In this document: positions 1 through 12,800 of the stretch, piece by piece | Numbering within the stretch: the stretch's first letter is position 1 | How the letters are laid out: every line of letters begins with the position of its first letter | Assembly (NCBI GenBank): GCA_018398765.1 | Contig: JAHBMJ010000467.1 | Coordinates: 1 to 47,257 of the forward strand | Direction of reading: 5' to 3' | DNA: 47,257 nucleotides | DNA from: Chromera velia | Taxonomy: Eukaryota | The notes under the pieces: model-generated | What the model saw: only the letters and a program-made list of their open reading frames with translations | Told to the model about the DNA's origin: nothing | Databases searched by the model: none | Translations under genes and position numbers: made by a program

Positions 1-823
1 CAACCATACAAGAATGGCAGGGGTCGACCACCACTGAAGGAGATTGAAAGCACCAGTTCTCATTGAAGGGAAAAAGGCATGTAGGAGGAACAGTTGGACT
101 TCTAGGTGGATTGACATCAGCAGCAGCAGCATCCTTTCCTTTCAGGAGTGGCGAGGCTGTCATATGTATGTCTCTTATTCGAGGAAAAAGGAAACGCGGG
201 CTCTTCTTAATTTTCCTTCTGCATCGTCATTCCATTCTCTAAACGAATTCTTATTCAAGGAGGGGAAGGGAACGAAGTTTCTAGCTCGGTCAGAGATAGA
301 AAAGACAGGGGGGGGGGTGAGTGAAGCAGATGTGGACTTCGTGTGGGCATGAGTGAGCACTCAGAACACGACCCTCGCAGGTGCAGAGAGCAGAATGCAG
401 GCAGAGAGGAAGACAAAGAGAGAGTCCCTCCTCCCCACCATCCCTTTCCTGTCTATTAATCCATTCAGGCAGGGACCACCAAAACTTTTGCCTCTCTCTC
501 TTTTCTTTGAAGGGGACCAAGAGAAGAAGAATCAAAGGAGAGAGTTGTCGAGCCGCTCCCTCCCTCGATGCAATCAATGCGACTCGACTCGACTTCATGC
601 AGCCATGCGCCCTCTTCCCTCTCAGGAAGAGAGAGACAAAGTCCCAACTCCCCCCCCTTTCTGTCCCTCATTGCGCTTTGTCTGTCGAGAATCTTCTTTA
701 CTCTGCTGAATGGAGTTCAATTGAAGACTGTCAGACAGAAAAAAAGAAAAGAGGACACGGATTGCGCTTTCTACCTCTGACTGCCCCACGCACCCCCCCC
801 TGCCTCCCTCAATCCCTCCCTTC

Positions 824-3800
824 CTACTGTTTCCTCCACAGAAGGAGAGAAACCCCCCTCTGGAACCAGACCGCTGGGGGAATGTTGTTGGGGACCCGCA
901 ACCGGACAGATGTGACCAGTTCCCTGCAGACAGTCAGGCAGGCATGCACATTCGAGGATAACCGTAATCAATCTGAAGCACATGCAAACCAGTCTTCTGA
1001 GTTGAGTGTCAACACACTTGAACAAAGGATGGACAGAGTCGGCAGTCTGCTACTGAAGGAAGATCAAACGGCCCCCCAATCCAAATTTGACCCTTCGCCA
1101 ACCGAGAAAGAAAACGGAAGAGCCGCGTGAAGTGAAAAAACTGTTTGTAGCAGAGTGTACGAAAAGACAGAGAGACAAAAATGCGTATGCATCCGATGCA
1201 TGCAGCCAACTGACGGACGGACGGACGTTCTCATGAAGTTCAGGTAGATCGGCACAGAGATCGACGCAGGACTTTCACTCTCTTCGCCCTTCAACAGTTC
1301 CCCAACCTGCGTGCGTCAATCCAGCCGCCCATCCGTGCAGGCATATCAAAGGAATAACCACAGCAGGCCAAGCAAGAGTATATAAAGGCAACACAAATGA
1401 TGTGATGCAACCACAGCAGAGCTGCAGCGCCAAGCATTTATCGGAAAGATGTGAGAAAAAAAGTGGGATATGCAGCAAAATCAACGCCTTCCACATTCCT
1501 TGGTTTTGTGGACTGCGTAACCCTGAACCCTTTTTCGCATCTTTTTTTGTCTTCTCTCCGTCTACGTTCGGCGCTTATCAAATCAGCTTTCGTGCCGCCC
1601 TCCTTCACAGACAGCTCGGCAAGAATAGCGGTGTACAAACTGGGCATATTTTCAAGTAAGAGGGAAGGAAATCTTTGGGAGTTTTTTTGCTCACGAGCCG
1701 TGAACGAGACAGACAGACAGACAGACTGACCACAGGGTCGCTCGTCTTGTTGGCCCATCTGAAGGTCACGGGCGGGAGCTCAACCGAGAGTGCGGAGGAG
1801 AGTGCAAGCGCTCCCTTGCCCCCGCCCTCATTCGCGTCCCAGTCGGCCCCTTCCAGAGTCAGCCCGGAGAGCACAAACGAGTCCTCCCCCTTGCTTCCCT
1901 TCCCGCCATCAATGGAAATGATCAAGAACAGATCCTCGAGGGACCTGAACGAATTAACGGACACAAGGGAAAAGCCGATCCGGTATTCGGAAAGAAAGAA
2001 ACAGAAAACGACAGATTGGAGAAACAAAGAAAGAAAGGAAGGAAGGGCTCGAGGACCAAAGTCTGACAGAAGGACTGGAGGACAACAGACACCGAAAGTC
2101 AATGGGGTTTTTAAAACACCGGGAAGGGGGGGGGGTGGACGAATTCCTTTTCAAGCAAGACAATCGCCAAAATACTTACCATTTGAACTTATGAGCCACA
2201 GCCTGTCGTGTTGCAGTCAAGTACGCCTCTGGGAACAGGAGTCCCCCTCCCCACAAATTCGTCCACGAAACCGAGGCCCCTGCCATCGGCTTGCCTCCGT
2301 TGGAGGTCAACTGTCGCAGCTGCTCCAGGCGTGCCGCGTAGTCCACCAGCCACTGCGTGAGGGACATGGTCGACGCCACAGCGTACTGAGCCGTCTGCTT
2401 CCAATCCTTCGGGATGCTGTCCGTGCTGACGCTCTGCGCCAGCGCCCTGATGGCATTCGTTGTCTTTGCCCCAACCGTGCAGACGTCTCTGAGCGCCTTG
2501 AGGTCGGACACCAACTGCTTGTGAAGGCGGACAACGATCGACACTTCACGGTCGAAGAATCGGAAGAGGGGGTCCTGCACCGCGGCCTCGTCTCTCATCA
2601 AATTGTGGATGGGCTCAGGAAGCCCGCTGCAAAAATAAATTCAGAGAGAAAAGGAGTAAGCCACGAACTACACACTGAGCAGCAGGAAAATGGACGAACA
2701 AATGTCCGCATGGATGGATGGATGCAAGGATCATTCTTCGCATTCACGCGTCCCCACGGTGATCTGCTCGCTTGAACTTGAAAGAGGCCAACAGCAACAT
2801 GAACGAGGAAAGGGTGCATTCGTGAGAACGGCACAATGTATGGAGGACTGATTCTCTGCACAGTAAGAAAACCTGCCACAAAAGCTTCCCCCCTCTTTAC
2901 CTTCCTTAGAAGACACCCACTGCATCTCTCTCTTTTTCTCTTTCAACTTGACTTACGCGATCATCGCTTCCACCTTGGGAGCCATTGCTGACAGCCAGTT
3001 GGTCATCTCGAGCGACGCCCTTCTGCCCAGTGATCCTCTTCTCTCTCCGTCTCCCTGCTGAGCTGCTGCGCCCTTTGCCTTTCCGTCCTTATCCTTCTGT
3101 CTCTCATACTTCAGATCGTCCTCCGTGCTCTGCATCTTCAACCAGTTCACTGTGGTGTACTCGCCCTGATTCGCTCTCAGCATCTTCTCCGCGTTCACCG
3201 CCAGACCCAGCCAGGCAGGGCTCTCCCTCTGCCCAGCGGCCTGCTGTGCCGCCCCGGCGCCCGGCATTTTCTCAACCCAGGAGAGGAAGTGGTCCCTTTT
3301 CCTGCCCTGCTCCGGACCGACGAGGACAGTGCTGGACTCCTGACCCTTGAAAGCCAAAGAGAGGGGGAAGTTAGGCTCGAAACACTTCGGAGTGAAGAGG
3401 TAGTCAATGAACGATTCGAGGACGCGGAAGTCGAAAGAGTTGTCCACCCGACCTCCGTACATCACGTGCTTGAGGGAGACGCGAAGGGCTTCCCAGGGAA
3501 TCTTGGAGGGGTCCACATTCGCCACAGCTCCGTTGTTGGACACCTGGAGGCAGGAATCGGATAAGACAGACACGAAGAGCCAATAAGAAGGAAAGAATCA
3601 GAAGGAGATTGAACAGAACAAGAACAATGTACCGCAGGGAGACGAAGGCGTGGGGAGGAAACCATCAAGGCGGTGAGAATAGAACTGTAAGGCGTGTCTT
3701 GGTTTGCACGGTAAGTTAGGTTCCTTCCTTCCTTTTGACACAACCACCCGCCCCGCCACCCGCCGGGCTGGCTGACCTGATCCACCCAGAAATCGATCAT

Positions 3801-6800
3801 GTCCAGACTGCACTGCTGGTCCGCATCGCTGAACTCATAGCGCTTGGTCCATCCCACAGGCACATACCTGCATGGGCCCATGCGAATGCAGGGAGGGAGA
3901 ACGGCAGAGTGGGGGCAGTAAAGAGACCAAATATTCTGCATTCGCCTTTGTCCTTCTGCATTTTCATTCCTTCCCAATTCTCATACAGACTCACGTTCCT
4001 CCATCCACAGGGGACCCAAACTTTTTGCTTTTTTTGCAGATGAATCTTGACGGCATGAGCGTCGGAAATGACAGAGGAAGTCGGCACAATGTGGAAGGCA
4101 ACAAACACCATTGAGAAATGAGGAGGACCAACGAGCGAAGAACACAAAACGACATGGGTACAAATGCAGAAAGAAAGCAGAGGAGGTCACGTGAGCAAAA
4201 TTAAATGGTCTAGACAGGCGCCTACACTACCTGACCGCCACACCGCCTGACCGACCGTTTCCTTTCCAGAAGAACTGCGTGCAGTACTGCCAACATGAAG
4301 TGGAGTCTCGATCTTTCTGCAGGCGGCTTGTCGCACCTCTTCACAGAGAGGCAGGTCCCGAACGATCTCTGGAGAGACGCCCTGACTCCCGCAGGAGGCT
4401 CGAACACCATTCTCTGGGACACCCGGAGAAGGTTCAGAGGGACTGCTGGATTCATTTCCATCGTTAAGATGACTCTGAACTTTGTCTGTCCCCCGAGAGG
4501 CAATGAGTGGAGACGTTTCTCCAGCCCCGCCAGCCACCTCACACTCAGGTGAACGTTCTTCAGAAGAACCCAACCACCGTCGGTTGCTCCTGCGGCAGAC
4601 GCGATGGCCCTCTCTGCCTGCGTGTAGCCCTCCTGCGAGCCCATCGCAATCGACTGGACTGCGGAGGCTTTCCCCATCTCCTGCGCGAGCGCGATAACCT
4701 GAAGGCAGGCAGGCAGAGGAGAAGGAAAGGGACTAGAGCGATGGGGAAAGCGGTTGGAGGGGTGGGCGGCAACGAGTGGTTCCGAAAGAACGTCCTTTTC
4801 TGTCTTCTTTTTTTTGTCGCAAAATGACCTTCTGCCTGGTTGATGTACTCTTTTTTTCTTTTTCTGTCAGACCACACGCCAGTTGTTGTCTTCTCTCAAC
4901 TTCTCTGGCACGCTGCATGTCTGCGTCGTTGGATTTTATTGCACGCAAGGACGCACCAATGCGTGCGTCAATTCTTCCCCCGCAGTGGTGCCTTAGAACA
5001 CTCAAAACCCTCCAGTGAAAAAGCAGGCAGGAAGACAGAAAAAGCACACACAGTCACACACAGACGCAGAAGGAAGGAATGACGCACAAAACGGAACGGA
5101 CCTTTCCAGAGGGGTCGAATCCAGGAACAGAGACCAGAATGAGGGGCGTGTGGCCCTTGCACTGGTTGATCAGGACTTCGCGAAGCTCATCTGTCCCTCC
5201 CGTCATCACGCCAAGTTCAAGGAATCCCTTTCCAAGAGCAGCCTCAACCAGATCTTCAAGCACCGTCAAAAGACGGTCAGGCCTCAGAGCTTGGATCACG
5301 AGTGCTTTGAAGAGTTTCTGTCCGACTTCGCCCGTACACTCACTGGAGGACGATTTATCGTCAAAACACCCGGAGGGGAACTCCGTCTCTGGCTCCGGAG
5401 CTTCGAGGAATTTCTTCCAGGCAGATGCGTTGGAGGGATCTGCCACGTGCTGCCCAAAGTTCTTCAAAGCAGACAAAATCGTCAGGTCGCCCACGTGCTT
5501 CGCTTGCTGGGTGTTGAGACCCAGTGCCTTAGTGGCCTTGTCAATCACGTCCTGCGAGCACCTGTCCCCAGAATACCCTGGCGCGACGTGCCCCCTTTCG
5601 CCCCCAGATCCCTTCAAGGTGAGTGCCTTGGGAGCTCCCTTGAGGAGCAAGTCCATCTCAGCATTCCCGAGATTTCCGTTCCCTGCTGTGTTAGCACCTG
5701 CGGCATCGTCAATGTCCCCCGCAGAGTCCGCTGAGACCTGCGCCAGACGGAGAGCGAAGACCAGTCTGTCCTTGTAGAGAAGACCCCTCGAGGTACGACG
5801 GAAGGCAATCTTGAAGAGCTCTTGAAAGATCACAGCCAGCCTGCCAGAGTAGTCCTCCCTCGGAACCTTCGCGAGCGCTTCGTCCTTCAGCGCGTCGTTG
5901 AAGATGTCTGCACCATGCGAAAGAAGAGACAAACAAGTTTATCCTTTGAAGAAACACATAGACATTGGAGCGTTCCAAAGAGAAACAGGGGAAAGATGGC
6001 GAATAGAAACAGGCACGCAAGCAGGCCGACAGAAAGTGCTGGGTCATTCAACTCTCCATCAGAGGTGAGTGCATCAAGACTGAGTGAGCGCATCGCATGG
6101 AAGCCCTCGGTCGAATTCGGGCAGGACTCCTGTGGGTCAACGAAAGAAAGAAAGCAGTCCTACAAGCTCGCAGGGGAAGCTCAAATGCTAATGTGGACAA
6201 GATCGAGATAGATCGACAAAGCTGCCCCACACAAGCAAGCAAGCAAGCAAGCAAGGTCATGTCCCAACCGACCCACCAAGGAAGAATTGGAGTGAGTGCT
6301 GATACAGGAAATAGACAGATCCGAGCTGCTCGAGCGAGAAGAACACCCTCGCTGCTGCCTGGGAGAGAGGAGCGTAAGTGTCAGAGACCCGCTCGATCTC
6401 CTCCATCACCGTGTCTGTCTGTGCAGCCTCTCTCTGCACCTGCTCTGCCTGCTTCTTCAAGTTCTCCATCGAGCTGATCACGCTCTCGTCATCCAGAATG
6501 TTGCCCTGAACGTTCGACAGAGCCTGCAGGAGCCCGTCCTCAAGCTCTCGCAGCTTCACTCGGAACTCTCCTGCATACAGAAGAAGAAAGGTGCATGCGT
6601 TTATTTTCATACACTTTATTTCCATACAGAAGGTGATAAAGGAACTCTCCTGCAAACAAAAGAAGAAAGGAAAGGGAGACAAACAGAAAACGCACGCGTT
6701 TATTTTCATACAGAATTCTTTTTCAGGGAACGTATGCGTTTCTTTTATGAAAATAGACGCAGGAATTCTCCTGCAGGAAGAAAGCGAGAGAGGCAAACAG

Positions 6801-9800
6801 AAAACGCATACGAGCAGAAGGGAGGGAGAGAGGGAGACAGATACACACGCATCCAAAAGAGATGGGCATGTGCGTGGGCTTTCACTGTGAGGAATCGATG
6901 GAAAACGGAACGCTGTACTTCACTCACGCCTTCACCCTTTTCTCTTCTCTCTCCACAAATTGCTTCCAAATGGTTCGTCTACGCCTCTGTTCTCTCTGAA
7001 CGAAAGCACTGATCGATGGTAGCCACCAGCGAGAAAAAACTGAGAACAACGCAGCTGCGAGCAATTAGAGTCGAGGGACCTGCTGCAAGAGGGGAAAGCG
7101 ACAAGAGGGGAACAGTACGGAGGAGTAGACCGACCTTGAAGCTTGAGCATGTCTGATCTCTTCTTGTCGACGTCTGGCCTCTCACTCTTCAGGACCAAGT
7201 TCATGCACTGGTTCTGGAGCGACGAGGGGGTCACAGTGAAGTTCACGAACGTCACACGCGAGCAGAGGTCGGGAGTGAAGACTGCGGTAGGATCCCGGGT
7301 GGCGAGGAACATGGTGAACATGGGGGAGAAGTCGATGTCCTGGTCCCCCACCGTGATCAGCACACGCCCGCCCTGTTTGTGCGTCTCCTTGTTCAGCACA
7401 GAGTTCAGGATGGGGTCCACGTGCTCGACGTCTTGCACCAGCAGGGGGGTGCCGAAACTGCATACATAAATGTATACGCATGGAGAGGTACAAAACGGGA
7501 TGTCAGTGAGAGCCGACTGCGCTGCCCCACCTGACTAGGAAACAAAAAAAAAGGGTCTCCGCGCGCAACACGAAAGAAGAGATGCGCTCAATCCTAATTT
7601 CACCCCCAGGGTCCCTCACTTTTGCATTCGTTTTGTTGTTTCGCCAACCCCTATTCTTCTTTTCCACTTCCTTGTCTCTTGAATGACGGCAGAGTGCGTC
7701 ATCTGTGCATCTCTTTGGTGAGCCCACTGCCCACACCTTCCTTTTTCTTGTCCGACTGACTGACCGAAGAGACGACTCGAGAGACTTCATGAAGGTCTGA
7801 TCGGAGAAGGACGTCTTCCCGAGACGGCTGCCCGAAAATTTGTTGATCAAGAAGTTCACAGCCTGACCACTGGGGTCAATCACCAGAGGATACTTGACGT
7901 ATCTGCACAGGCAAACAGGCAGACAACAGATGGCGGGCAGGAAGGCAGAAGAAGGAAGGTGTGGAGGTTTGTTCTAGAGTTCAAGAACTTCCATTTCTTC
8001 AGGCAGAAAGAAAACCGATGGAACGAGGACAGGCTCGATTTGATCTCTGAGCTGCCTCTTGGAAGTCAAAGAAAAAGATGCCCTCCCATCAGGCACACAA
8101 CGGGCTGGCAGTAGCTTCCGGTCTTTTGTCTGCCTGTCTTTCTCACTCCTTTTCATGCAGCTACATAGCCACGCAAGCATATCCACCTACGTACCTCGAG
8201 AGGATGATCGCATTCTCCACGCTCAGGTCGTCTGCGGGAAGGCCGCACGAGGACCAGGAGAGCCTCTCCGAGGGCTTCGACAAAAAGTCCACCAGAGAGA
8301 GATCGTCACGGAACTTCAGGCCTGCAGTCGTGCATCCAGAAAGACATCCACACTCACACTTCAATTGACTGGCAGAAGGAAGTAGACTGAAAGTTCACAA
8401 CAGTACGAAGGCAGCTTGCGGAATGGGGATTTGCATCTGGCCGTGAAAACAAAAAAGGCCTGAAGGCTGCATGCGCATGACGAAGCAGCACACAAAAGAT
8501 CTGTAAACATACAGAAAACGACAGGAGCATGCCACAGATGAAAAGAAAACTACAAACTCGTCATGCAAGCAACAAGGAGCCAGACAGACAAACAGACTAG
8601 CCTTGGTCTGCAATTTTGTGTCTCCACTCGAAGAGCAGCCTCGTCCTGTAGTAGTGGTCGAAGAAGCCGATGTACGTGCAGAACGCTCCGGCAAGCAGGC
8701 AGTCACCAACCACTGTGGCGATCTGATGGGCGAACCCCTGGGATCCCTCTGCCCATCTCTTCTTCTCACTCGAGAGGTTGGCAAGCAGAGACCTCGACCT
8801 CTCCACCTTCGCGACCACTCCGGACATTTCGGTTTTGATCATTTGGACCTGTACAGAAACAGAAGGCGGATGGATGGAAGGGGTGTCTGATGTAGTAGTA
8901 TGTTGTACATTCGTTGGTTTCTGCAGATTATCTGTTGAGGGGGTCATGATCGTTCGGATCTGCATATGAGAGAATGAAACCGGGAGCGAAGATTGGCGAG
9001 AGCAGAAAGACTCAAGAAGAAATTATTTCCACGGAGGTAAAATCGGTGGAAGGGAGCTTCAAACAGATATGCAAGACGATCAATTTTTCTGTCTGCACGG
9101 CCCGCAAAGAAACTCCGCACGACTGAGGCTATTTCTTCCTTTCCTTTTTCCTTCCTTCCACCAAGGCACCCCTTGACGTACCTGAGTAATCAATTCCGCG
9201 TACTGCTCCTTGGCGACCTGAATCCTCTCTTCGAGCTGCTTGACCACGACGGTCGCCTCATCGAACTTCTTTTGGTTTTCGTCCTTTTCGATTCCAAGGG
9301 TCTTGATCTCGTTCTGCAGGGGCTCCACAGACTGTAGAATCTCTGCGTACTTGAACTGAGACTCGACCCACAGAGACAGAGGACCGGCAGCCTTCGAGGC
9401 GTTGTTGATCTTGCCGGTGTCCCAGCTGGGATTCTGGAGGTAGTCCTTCTCGATCCTCTGTTTCTGGGCAGAGGTGATCGTGTCGGAGTCGAAGTTCAAA
9501 ACGTCGTTGATGAAGTTCTGATTCTTCAGAGCTTTCAAGCAGTCCTGCCAGGACACTGCTTCACCCTTGCTCCCGGAAAGCATGACGATGACAGGCTCCA
9601 AAGCGAGTTTGACCAGCGCAGGGGGGTTGTTGAACGCCTTGATCTCGTCCAGGTTCGATTTCTTGATCGATCGCACGGAGTTCCGCGCTTCGACCAATGC
9701 TGGCTCTGCCTCTGCCAGTTGAGTCTTGACGACCTCTGTTCTCTTGACAATCTCCTCGGACTTCTTCTCGAGTTCCTTCGACAGCAGCTCAGCCTGGCGT

Positions 9801-12800
9801 TTCCTCTCTTCTGCCTCACTTTGCTCCTTCACCATCAACTGCAACCAGAGGACGGAGGAGAAAATAAAGGAAAGGAAAGAAACACGAAAGAGGCGAAAGA
9901 AAGAGCAAGGAAGGCAGGAACGAAAAGGAAAAAAAGAGGTCAGAACCTACAGCCAGCACTGCAGCAGGTGTGTGTGTGAGCCAGAGGTGAGAGATACTTC
10001 GGAATCAACGACAAAGTGGCATCCCTTCAAGAAAGGAGATAGAGAGAAACGAAGACAGCCCAAAGACTCTCTCTCGCATGAGGGAAACATGCAGCCCCGA
10101 CCTGCATTTTCTCGTCAGCCAGCGCTTTCTTCTCGGAGAGTTCCTTCTCCTTCACTGCCAGAGAGGCCTGGAGAGCGGACACTTGCTCCTCCGTCTCTCT
10201 GAGCTTCTGCAGTCCGACGTTCAAGTGCTGTTGCTGCTCCGTCACTTCGTTTCTCTTCTCGTCCACCAGGCCGACCACGTGAGTGATGAAGTCCAGGAAG
10301 TCTCTTGGAGTCACGAAGTTGCTCTTCTTGGCTGCCCTGGCCAGCTTCTGATTGGCAATCTCGACCTGCTCGTGAACGGCGACGATCGCTTGAGCGAGGC
10401 GATCGTGGCTGCATGCGCACAGCAAAACAGGGGATAGATGAGTAATGAATGCAGAGTACATCCTTGCAACCCGACAACGTTCCACTGTGAATGTATGTCC
10501 TAAACCGTGGATAGCTACCGTCCGATCGAACAGTCAGGAAGGAGGAAGTCCTTCGCAGAACGACTTTTCCCACCCAGCCTGCTGATTGGATTGATGTGAT
10601 GAATGTTTCTTTGATGAGGAGAAAACACACAAAAAGAGGCAAACTAATGACGCGACAGACAAAACAAGTACCGCGTCTTTCATCCCGTACACGACAGGTG
10701 ACTATAAGCCGGGGAGAACTTGTCGTCTGCCTGATGTAATTTGCTTTCTTCCTGCACACCCACAAACAGACCTACCGTTCGTCCTCGTCCTCCACCGTCG
10801 AGTCGGCAGAGAAGCTCTCCTTTGGAAGGTCAATCTTGTCGGTGAACTCTTTGGCCACCTGTACGAGCGCGTTGTGGGGCCAGTCACCGAACCAGTCGAT
10901 CACGCAGCGATTGAACAGCGCAGGAGAGGTCGCTTGACGGTTGGAGAAATCCGGGTTAGCCGGGTTCATCGTGAAGACGATGTGGAGGTTCCTTTGCACC
11001 TGTTTGGTGAACTTCGCAAACAGCTCCGACTCGTCGGCCAGGTCAGAGCCGAAAGCGGCCTTGCACTCGTTAATGAGCGCAGTGTACTCATCGCCTTCAA
11101 ACAAACCCGGCACCTCTCCAGACGCCAGCAGAGCATTCATTCTTTCGAGGAAGGCGGGACCCAGCGCGTTACTCTCGTCAAAGATGAAGGTGATCTTCGA
11201 GTCGTCTCTCAGCCCTGCACGCTTCATCACAAGGCGCAAATCCGCCTCGAATGCGGTCGTGTCGTAGTTCCTGCCTGCCTTGATCTGGAATACCGAGAGC
11301 CCATTCGCCCAGGAGACGAACTTCGACAGCACCGTCTTCCCAGCACCCGACGCCCCGACTGCACAGAGGCAGGAGAGCAGACAGGCATGCAAAATGAGTA
11401 TTCATGCACGAAAATTATTGGGACCAATTTCGAGAAATTTATTTGCGGAATCTCCGACCCTCAGACTAACTGAACGGAAAGAAAATGACGGTAGAATGAT
11501 CAAGAAGGGAAGAAAAGATATTTGCGAGTCTGCTTCTCGCTGCTGCGCCCGAATAGTGAAGCACTCTTCACTGTCGTCTGGAAGAACGACAGAATAGAAC
11601 AGCCTACCACCAACCGTGTTGCGAGAGTCTCCTACAGAGAAGACGCACACATCACACCATACGACACCACAATAATCTCTATCTGGAGAATGAGAGGCAT
11701 CGGGTGGTGCAAATGGGCAAGCCGCCGCAAATCAACGAGCAAAAGCAAAGGAGAGGCCCACAAATAAATTAAAAAAAAACTAACAAACAGACAAACGAAC
11801 CCACCCAGGAGCAGATGCCCAAGGGGTTGTCGGAGCACCCGATCGATGCGAGTCAGATGGTCCAGGACCTGATCGAAGATCACCAGCTGAACATTCAGCT
11901 CCTCTTCATTGAAGACCTGCAAGCACACAGGAAACGAAAAGGGGAGACCACCATGAAAAGAAGTCAAAACAAAAAACGCATTTGCGAACTCGAACAGACC
12001 CACAAAGGGCACAAGATTGCTTGAACTGATTACCAAATATGAGAGGAAGACATCCGTGCACACATGTTGTCATGCTCAGCCATTGTGGCGCGACCAAAAA
12101 CAGCGACCAACACTTTTTGGTCGGGCTTTTGGTCGGTCGCGACCCCGACCAAAGTCCGCAACCAAAATTTTTGGCAGTCAAGCGCGCAACTTTTTGGTCG
12201 GCCACCTGAAATGAAAGTTTTGGTCGCTAAAGTTTTTGGTCGCCCGGATTTTTGGTCGACCAAAACTCCAAATTCCTTCGTGAAATCGCGCCCAAATTTT
12301 GGTCGCGCCACAGCATGACCCCCCCCCCCCCCCCCCCCCCCCCCCCCACACACACACACATACGCACACACACACACACGCACGCACGCACATAGAGAAA
12401 GAGAAAGAGAGAGAGGGAGAGAGCACAAATGAGGCGGGACCAAAGGACAAAACAAAAGGATGGACGGACGGACCTTCAACTTCTGTTGCACGAGTTGCCT
12501 CAACTCCTCTCTGTCGGATTCGGAGTAACTCGAGGAAAGCCAGGTGGAGAACAAGAGAGGTCTCTGCAGGGTTGCGTGCGTCACCCCCGCCCCCCCAAAG
12601 TTCTCCAGCGCGATCTCGTTGATCTTCTCGTCTGTCCAGTCTCTCTCCTCCTTTTCAACGAGACGGTCCTGGAAGATGCGGAGACCTTCGTGGATGTACA
12701 GACGCACCAGCTGCTCGACGTTCAGCCCGTCGTTGTCACGAATGGCCTCAAAGATCGCGACCTTCCAACTGTACACACACACACACACACACAGAGCAGA

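Noticed and set aside
1..66. Possible 3' end of a plus-strand gene (QPYKNGRGRPPLKEIESTSSH*) with an AT-hook-like GRGRPP
   Set aside because: Only 21 codons at the window edge; cannot be supported.
12084..12312. CRISPR-like appearance of repeated ttttggtcg with spacers
   Set aside because: Repeats are 9 bp, in both orientations, irregularly spaced, inside a spliceosomal intron, with no cas genes.
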